Source of the DNA: Oscillospiraceae bacterium
GTDB taxonomy: Bacteria > Bacillota > Clostridia > Oscillospirales > CAG-272
NCBI GenBank assembly: GCA_015063805.1
Contig: SVTK01000013.1
Span: 21,102-85,101, forward strand
Reading direction: 5' to 3'
DNA: 64,000 nucleotides
Position 1 is the first letter of the stretch; the number at the start of each line of letters is the position of its first letter. The notes under the pieces were generated by a model. It was not told the DNA's origin, made no database searches, and worked only from the letters and a program-made list of their open reading frames with translations. The position numbers and the translations under genes were made by a program. Below are positions 58,426-64,000 of this stretch, piece by piece.

Positions 58426-59241
58426 TCAAACTTTTTCTGCGATCAGGACATCCATGCAGTGCTTGTGTGGGATGCCGCCGCTGCTGCAGTCAAAGATTTT
58501 TTCCTCGGTTCTGTGCAGCAGCCAATCGTGGTAAAAACCAAACAGCTCGCCGGATTTCCAATCACCGGCGATAAGTTCATCGGCTTCCACATCAGGAGGC
58601 GTGGGAATAAACGGCTTTTTGACAAACACATTGATCACATTCAGTCCCCTCGGGTTTGTGTGCGATTTGATATTGTCAATCACTTTCTCCCGCTCATCGG
58701 GCGGAATGTAATGAAACACACCGCTGGAAAAGATAATATCATACGCGATGTCCAGCCTGAAGTCCCGGACATCGGCTTTGAAGAAATCAACCTTCACACC
58801 GCAGTGTTCAGCCAGTGTTCGGGCTTTGGATAAGCCCTTCTCTGCGGCATCAAAGGCAGTTACCCGGTAGCCGTTTCTCGCGAGGAAAACAGAGTCCTTG
58901 CCCTCGCCGCAGCCAATGTCCAGCACACGGTACGGCTTGACCGGCGGTTTCATGCGCATGATCTCGTAGCAAAGATGATTTGGCACCAAGCCCCAGTAAT
59001 AGCCTTCTGCATCATAACGCCGATCATAATCCGTTATTGATCGTGCCGGATAGCCCAGCAAGGCATCGATGGAGAGATTCAAAACGGCTGCAAGCCGTGG
59101 GAGAAGGTCAATATCCGGGCAGGATGTTCCGTTCTCCCATTTTGAAATTGCTTGAAAGGAAATGTTGAGTTTCTCCGCCAATATTTGCTGTGTAAATCCC
59201 AGTGCTCTGCGTCTTTCAGAAATTGTTTTGCCGATATTCAT
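58426..59241 (-). CDS. Fusion protein: XRE-family HTH domain + class I SAM-dependent methyltransferase domain
   Basis: MNIGKTISERRRALGFTQQILAEKLNISFQAISKWENG (HTH_XRE), then VLDIGCGEGKDSVFLARNGYRVTAFD (SAM motif I) and DIIFSSGVFHY. RBS AGGAGG. Confidence 0.75.
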   Translation of the reverse strand: MNIGKTISERRRALGFTQQILAEKLNISFQAISKWENGTSCPDIDLLPRLAAVLNLSIDALLGYPARSITDYDRRYDAEGYYWGLVPNHLCYEIMRMKPPVKPYRVLDIGCGEGKDSVFLARNGYRVTAFDAAEKGLSKARTLAEHCGVKVDFFKADVRDFRLDIAYDIIFSSGVFHYIPPDEREKVIDNIKSHTNPRGLNVINVFVKKPFIPTPPDVEADELIAGDWKSGELFGFYHDWLLHRTEEKIFDCSSGGIPHKHCMDVLIAEKV

Positions 59242-59345
59242 TTGTCCACCCTCCTTTGCTGAATTGATTATACCATTGCAAAGAAGCGATTTCAATAACC
59301 GGTCCGTTGAAGCAAACGCGGATATTCTATCGGCGGTTGAACCGA

Positions 59346-60647
59346 TCACTCCACCACGCTGAAGATGAGGGGGAGCAGGTCGGGGGCTTCGTCGGAGAAG
59401 GTGAGGGCAGCCATGAAGGCAGCTTCCGCGGAAGCAATTTTCTTCTCGTCCGAGGTGTACAGGGTGGCAACGGGATCCCCTGCCGCCAGTTTATCGCCAA
59501 CGGTGGCCGCGAGTCGAATACCGGCCAGCGGATCGATCACATCCTCCTTGGCGGCCCGTCCTGCACCCAGCAGCATGGCGGCCCGACCGATCCGCTCAGC
59601 ATCCATGGCCGACAGATATCCCGCCTTGGGGGCAAGAACGGTTTTGACGCAAGGAGCTGTCCCCAGCGCAGCGGGATCCTTGGCACAGGCAGGGTCGCCC
59701 CCCTGCGCCGCGATCCACTCGGTGAACTTGGACAACGCCCGTCCACTGTCCAGGGCATCCCGGACTTCCTCGGCTGCCCGGTCGGTGGGAATATCATGGG
59801 CCAGGGCGTGCATATTGGCGGCCAGCTCAAGACAGATCTGCCGCAGCTTGGGGCATCCGCCGCCTTGCAGGATCTCAACGGCTTCAGCTACCTCCAGGGC
59901 ATTACCGATAGCGTATCCCAGGGGAAGATCCATATTGGTCACCAGCGCGCGCATCCGCCGGCCACAGCTGCGGCCAATCTCCACCATAGCCCGGGCGAGG
60001 GCTTCGCCCTCTTCACGGGTCTTCATGAAGGCACCGCTGCCCACCTTGACGTCCAATACGATGGAATGGGCTCCTGCGGCCAGCTTTTTGCTCATGACCG
60101 AGGAGGCGATGAGGGGAATGCTGTCCACGGTTGCCGTCACGTCGCGGAGGGCATAGAGCTTTTTGTCGGCGGGGGCAAGGTTGCCTGTCTGCCCCACCAC
60201 AGCTACGCCGATTTCCTCCACCTGCGCAAAAAATTCTTCGGGGGAGAGGGAAGTGCGGAACCCGGGGATGGATTCCAGCTTGTCGATGGTACCGCCGGTG
60301 TGACCAAGGCCGCGCCCCGACATTTTTGCCACCTTCCCGCCCAGGGAAGCCACCAGCGGGGCTAAGATGAGGGTAGTTTTGTCCCCCACGCCGCCGGTGC
60401 TGTGCTTGTCCACCGAAAGCGTACCGAATTTGGAAAGGTCCACTGAATCCCCGGATGCCGCCATGCAGGCGGTGAGATCGGCGGTTTCCCGTGCATCCAT
60501 CCCCCGGAAGCAGACCGCCATCAGCCAGGCAGAGAGCTGATAATCGGGAACAGAGCCGTCGGTGATGCCCTGTACCAGGATTTCCAGCGCCGCGCGGTCA
60601 TGGGACTCCCCCCGACGCTTGGCTTGAATCAGTTCGTACATGGTCAT
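59346..60647 (-). CDS. pdp: Pyrimidine-nucleoside (thymidine) phosphorylase
   Basis: MYELIQAKRRGE...DKHSTGGVGDKTTLILAPLVAS...SGRGLGHTGGTIDKLESIPG. Confidence 0.92.
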   Translation of the reverse strand: MTMYELIQAKRRGESHDRAALEILVQGITDGSVPDYQLSAWLMAVCFRGMDARETADLTACMAASGDSVDLSKFGTLSVDKHSTGGVGDKTTLILAPLVASLGGKVAKMSGRGLGHTGGTIDKLESIPGFRTSLSPEEFFAQVEEIGVAVVGQTGNLAPADKKLYALRDVTATVDSIPLIASSVMSKKLAAGAHSIVLDVKVGSGAFMKTREEGEALARAMVEIGRSCGRRMRALVTNMDLPLGYAIGNALEVAEAVEILQGGGCPKLRQICLELAANMHALAHDIPTDRAAEEVRDALDSGRALSKFTEWIAAQGGDPACAKDPAALGTAPCVKTVLAPKAGYLSAMDAERIGRAAMLLGAGRAAKEDVIDPLAGIRLAATVGDKLAAGDPVATLYTSDEKKIASAEAAFMAALTFSDEAPDLLPLIFSVVE

Positions 60648-61063
60648 ATCTTCTTGTCCTCCATGAGCGAGAAGCTGTAGGGAAGCAGTTCCCCAAGGGT
60701 AAGAGTCTTGAATCCTTCAGCGTGGCCCAGGTAGACCGGCATATCGGGGGCGCAGAATTCAGCAATGGCCTGGCGGCAGATCCCGCAGGGGGTACAGATC
60801 TCGCCCAGGACCCCCTCGTGACCGCCCACCACAGCCAGCGCGGCAAATTCACGAACGCCTGCGCTGACCGCCGCAGAGAGGGCGGCTCGCTCGGCGCAGA
60901 TGGTGACGGGATACGAAGCATTTTCAATGTTGCAGCCGCAGAAAATTCTGCCGTCGGCGGCGAGAAGTGCGGCACCCACCCGGAAATGGGAATAGGGCGC
61001 ATATGCCCGCGCCATTGCGGCGACAGCGGCATCTACCAGAGCTTGCGGTTGGAGATTTGTCAT
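60644..61063 (-). CDS. cdd: Cytidine deaminase
   Basis: CAERAAL and TPCGICRQ zinc-ligand motifs. Confidence 0.92.
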   Translation of the reverse strand: MTNLQPQALVDAAVAAMARAYAPYSHFRVGAALLAADGRIFCGCNIENASYPVTICAERAALSAAVSAGVREFAALAVVGGHEGVLGEICTPCGICRQAIAEFCAPDMPVYLGHAEGFKTLTLGELLPYSFSLMEDKKI

Positions 61064-61075
61064 GGGTGTACTCCT

Positions 61076-62239
61076 TCAAAAAGCATTTTGTTCGATCAGC
61101 GGCTCGCCCCAGCCGTTTTCCAGGCCAAAGGCCTCGGCTAAGGTAGCGGCAATGCGGAAGAATCCGTCCTTGGTGCCGAGGTTGCGCGGGGCAAGGGCAG
61201 GGGAATAGATCAGCAGGGGCACATATTCACGGGAGTGGTCGGTGGAGGGGGTGGAGGGATCACAGCCGTGGTCGGCGGTGATGATGAGAGCGTCCCCCTC
61301 ACGCAGCTGTTCCATGAAACGGCCAAGCCAGGCGTCAAAGCGAGTCAACGCGGCACCGTAGCCCTCCACATCGTTGCGGTGACCGTAGGCAGAATCAAAA
61401 TCCACCAGATTCACAAAGCACAGCCCGTGCCAGTCTTCACCGGCCACAGCCAAGGTCTTTTCCATGCCGTCATCATTGCCCGCAGTAGGCAGCGCACGGC
61501 TGATGCCGCGGCCGGCAAAGATATCGTTGATCTTGCCCACCGCAATGGTGTCAAGCCCCGCCTCTGCCATGCGGTCGAGAACCGTGACTGAGGGCGGCTC
61601 AATGGAGAAATCATGCCGTCCGGAGGTACGGGTGAAGCTGCCGGGCTGACCGATGAAGGGGCGGGCAATGACCCGACCCACGCCGTGATCTCCCACAAGG
61701 ATGCGGCGTGCGATGCGGCAGTAGTCGTAGAGCTGTTCCGGGGGAACGATCTCCTCATGCGCAGCAATTTGGAAGACGCTGTCCGCCGAGGTGTAGACGA
61801 TCAGCGCGCCGGTACGCATATGCTCTGCACCGTATTCCTCAATGACCTGTGTGCCCGACGCCGGGCGGTTGCAGAGCACCCCGCGGCCAGTTTCCCGGGA
61901 GAATGCTTCAATAATTTCGGCGGGAAAGCCATCGGGATAAGTGGGCAGGGGAGCGGGCATCACGACACCGGAAATTTCAAAGTGCCCCGTGGTGGTATCC
62001 TTGCCCGCCGAGCACTCCCGCAGACGGGCATGGGCGGCCAAAGGAGACGGCGTTGGGCCGAGGAAATTCAGCCCGTCGATGTTGCCGATCCCCAAACGGC
62101 GCAGATTGTCAATGCAAAAGCCGGGGGTACGGCAGATAGCCCGCAGGGTGTGGGAGCCGCTGTCCCCGTAGGCGGCAGCATCGGGGGCCTCGCCGGCACC
62201 CAAACTGTCCAGTACGATGAGAAAAATGCGGTTGAGCAT
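61076..62239 (-). CDS. deoB: Phosphopentomutase
   Basis: MLNRIFLIVLDSLGAGEAPDA..., alkaline-phosphatase-superfamily motifs. RBS AGAAGGAGA. Confidence 0.92.
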   Translation of the reverse strand: MLNRIFLIVLDSLGAGEAPDAAAYGDSGSHTLRAICRTPGFCIDNLRRLGIGNIDGLNFLGPTPSPLAAHARLRECSAGKDTTTGHFEISGVVMPAPLPTYPDGFPAEIIEAFSRETGRGVLCNRPASGTQVIEEYGAEHMRTGALIVYTSADSVFQIAAHEEIVPPEQLYDYCRIARRILVGDHGVGRVIARPFIGQPGSFTRTSGRHDFSIEPPSVTVLDRMAEAGLDTIAVGKINDIFAGRGISRALPTAGNDDGMEKTLAVAGEDWHGLCFVNLVDFDSAYGHRNDVEGYGAALTRFDAWLGRFMEQLREGDALIITADHGCDPSTPSTDHSREYVPLLIYSPALAPRNLGTKDGFFRIAATLAEAFGLENGWGEPLIEQNAF

Positions 62240-62338
62240 AATGATCTCCTTCTGTTGCGATTGTATATGGATATCCTTGACATTTGCGCGGATTTTATGT
62301 ATAATAATAGCGAATTCAACATGACACAGGAGGTGCAC

Positions 62339-62782
62339 ATGGAATACAGCGGGAAGAAAAGAAGCAGCCTGATGCTGATCGTGATCATGTGGCTCCTGTT
62401 ATCAGGGTACATATTTCTCAAGGCCACACCCCATCAGATTCCCCTCCGGATGATGATGCCCCTTGAATTTTTCCGTTATTCTTTGGTGTATATCATTTTT
62501 TCCCTTGGTGTCTTGATCCTTGGCTTTGTGCGGGAGGATCGCCCCTTGCTTTTTGCCGTTGCCAGCTGCAGCGTGGCAGTTTTGTGTGTGCTGATGTGTC
62601 GGGACGCCGAGATCGAGCATGAGCTGCTTGCCAAGGTGCGGGATAACGCGGTGGCGTTTTTCGTGCTGCCCCATTGGGGATGGACCCGTGTGCTGAAGGA
62701 AAACACGCAGGGCATAGTCGCCGGGTGGTGTGCCTTCAGCGGCAGTATTGCCTTCTTTGCCGCATGTGCGGTGCGAAAATAA
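62339..62782 (+). CDS. Small hypothetical membrane protein (147 aa)
   Basis: RBS AGGAGG 9 nt upstream, 4 hydrophobic segments, followed by a terminator. Confidence 0.5.
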   Translation: MEYSGKKRSSLMLIVIMWLLLSGYIFLKATPHQIPLRMMMPLEFFRYSLVYIIFSLGVLILGFVREDRPLLFAVASCSVAVLCVLMCRDAEIEHELLAKVRDNAVAFFVLPHWGWTRVLKENTQGIVAGWCAFSGSIAFFAACAVRK

Positions 62783-62798
62783 AACTGTCAGTCAGGTC

Positions 62799-62825
62799 AG
62801 AGGTGCTTCGGCACCTCTTTTTCTT
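62799..62825 (+). terminator. Rho-independent terminator
   Basis: GAGGTGC-ttcg-GCACCTC, then TTTTTC. Confidence 0.8.
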
Positions 62826-62995
62826 TCTTCAGTATACCATAAAAACGGCTCGCTGTCCATAGCGGGCGGGGAAAAAAGATTGCGCACTGGGGATTTTTCC
62901 CTGTGAACAACCGAGGCTTTTCTGAATAAGAGGCGAGAGCCCGCGGCAATACTTTCTTTGCAAGTACACAGGAAAAAGAAAGTGAGCGCGGGAGA

Positions 62996-63769
62996 ATGTA
63001 TCATAACAAAGTCGAGATCTGCGGGGTGAACACTGCAAAGCTGAAGACACTCACCGATGAGGAAAAACGCCGCCTGCTGGCACGGGCCAAGGAAGGGGAC
63101 AGTGAAGCGCGGCAGGAGCTGATCGACGGCAATCTCCGTCTGGTGCTGAGCATTATCCAGCGGTTCACCGGACGGCGGGAAAATCTGGACGATCTCTTTC
63201 AGGTGGGATGCATCGGCCTGATCAAGGCGGTGGATAATTTCAACCTGGATCTGGATGTGAAGTTCTCCACCTATGCCGTTCCCATGATCATCGGCGAGGT
63301 GCGCCGCTACCTGCGGGACAACAACGCCATCCGGGTCAGCCGTTCGGTGCGGGACTTGGCTTACCGTGCCCTGCAGGTACGGGAACAAATGACCAAGGCT
63401 AAGTGGAGCGAGCCTGGCGTGGACGAGATCGCGGCTGAGTTGGGAGAAAAAAAGGAGAACGTGGTGCGGGCGCTGGAGGCCATCGTGGAGCCCATTTCCC
63501 TCTACGAACCGGTATACAGCGACAGCGGGGACTCCATCTATGTGATGGATCAGCTCAGCGACGATAAAAACACCGATGAAGCCTGGCTGGAGGATATTGC
63601 CTTGCGGGAGGCCATGAAGCGGCTCAGCGAACGGGAGCGGAAGATCATCAATCTCCGCTTCTATCGGGGCAAGACACAGATGGAGATCGCCACCGAGATC
63701 GGTATCTCCCAAGCCCAGGTATCCCGCCTGGAGAAGGGGGCCCTGGAACGCATCAAGAAGCAGATCTGA
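62996..63769 (+). CDS. sigG: Sporulation sigma factor SigG (sigma-70 family)
   Basis: YHNKVEICGVNTAKLKTLTDEE...GNLRLVLSIIQRF...DDLFQVGCIGLIKAVDNF...KFSTYAVPMIIGEVRRYLRDNN, near-identical block order to Bacillus SigG. Confidence 0.85.
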   Translation: MYHNKVEICGVNTAKLKTLTDEEKRRLLARAKEGDSEARQELIDGNLRLVLSIIQRFTGRRENLDDLFQVGCIGLIKAVDNFNLDLDVKFSTYAVPMIIGEVRRYLRDNNAIRVSRSVRDLAYRALQVREQMTKAKWSEPGVDEIAAELGEKKENVVRALEAIVEPISLYEPVYSDSGDSIYVMDQLSDDKNTDEAWLEDIALREAMKRLSERERKIINLRFYRGKTQMEIATEIGISQAQVSRLEKGALERIKKQI

Positions 63770-63784
63770 ATTGCGCAAAAGCAC

Positions 63785-63813
63785 TTGCAATTTGCGGGAA
63801 ATTATGATATACT
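63785..63813 (+). promoter_or_regulatory. Sigma-A promoter downstream of sigG
   Basis: TTGCAA - 17 nt - TATACT, followed by hairpin GGGGCGGATGTCCGCCCC. Confidence 0.55.
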
Positions 63814-63873
63814 ATGGGGGCGGATGTCCGCCCCTATCTCTTTGCCTGCATAGTTAAATGGATATAATAGCCC

Positions 63874-63907
63874 CCTCCTAAGCGGCAGCTCGTTCGTTTC
63901 CTGGAGG
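63874..63907 (+). repeat. 34-nt perfect direct repeat, copy 1 (embedded in hairpin CCCCCTCC...GGAGGGG)
   Basis: CCTCCTAAGCGGCAGCTCGTTCGTTTCCTGGAGG is identical to 63967..64000. Confidence 0.9.
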
Positions 63908-63935
63908 GGCGGAAAACTGAATATTTTTTGAATAC

Positions 63936-64000
63936 GTCCCGGTAGCTCAGTAGGATAGAGCGGTCGCCTCCTAAGCGGCAGCTCGTTCGTTTCCTGGAGG
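63936..64000 (+). tRNA. tRNA-like element (canonical acceptor 5' strand, D-arm and CCU anticodon arm; remainder non-canonical and truncated by window edge). Contains copy 2 of the 34-nt repeat (63967..64000)
   Basis: GTCCCGG-TA-GCTC-AGTAGGATA-GAGC-G-GTCGC-CTCCTAA-GCGGC gives a textbook 5' half with anticodon CCT (Arg). The following AGCTCGTTCGTTTCCTGGAGG does not form a standard T-arm within the window. Confidence 0.3.

Noticed and set aside
61613-62338. 5' two-thirds of the 389-aa plus-strand ORF 61613..62782
   Set aside because: This portion is antisense to deoB. Only the last 147 codons (from the ATG at 62339, with AGGAGG RBS) look like a real gene.

Overview
This 64 kb window is a high-GC (about 58-60%) chromosomal segment of a Firmicutes/Clostridia-type spore-forming bacterium (sigG is present), judged from protein motifs and gene order alone. 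Most of it is conserved housekeeping genes: the 3' end of an H+-pyrophosphatase gene, mnmA, trmL, secA, polA, and a complete S10-spc-alpha ribosomal protein cluster (rpsJ to rplQ, 29.8-45.7 kb) that includes secY-adk-map-infA-rpmJ. This is followed by a tRNA(CAU), a Ca2+-type P-type ATPase, glyQS, a flotillin/NfeD operon, deoB-cdd-pdp and sigG. Accessory or unusual content, in window order: an AT-rich XRE/TPR-like regulator next to a single-polypeptide sigma-70/ECF + transmembrane + BspA-type leucine-rich-repeat (LRR) fusion (2.0-5.3 kb); a pair of paralogous polytopic membrane proteins after secA; an AT-rich small orphan ORF; a membrane-anchored MerR regulator with a textbook 19-bp-spacer palindromic promoter; a degenerate (probably catalytically dead) glucuronate-isomerase-like protein; a candidate metal (Mn2+, yybP-ykoY-like) riboswitch upstream of the P-type ATPase; an AT-rich single-gene TIM-barrel island flanked by terminators; an XRE-methyltransferase fusion; unusually long structured spacers inside the r-protein operons; infA without a canonical in-frame start codon; and a tRNA-like element with a perfect 34-nt direct repeat at the window edge. 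No CRISPR array, transposase, integrase or recognisable defence-system gene was seen. The many long antisense ORFs in the six-frame track are high-GC artefacts.
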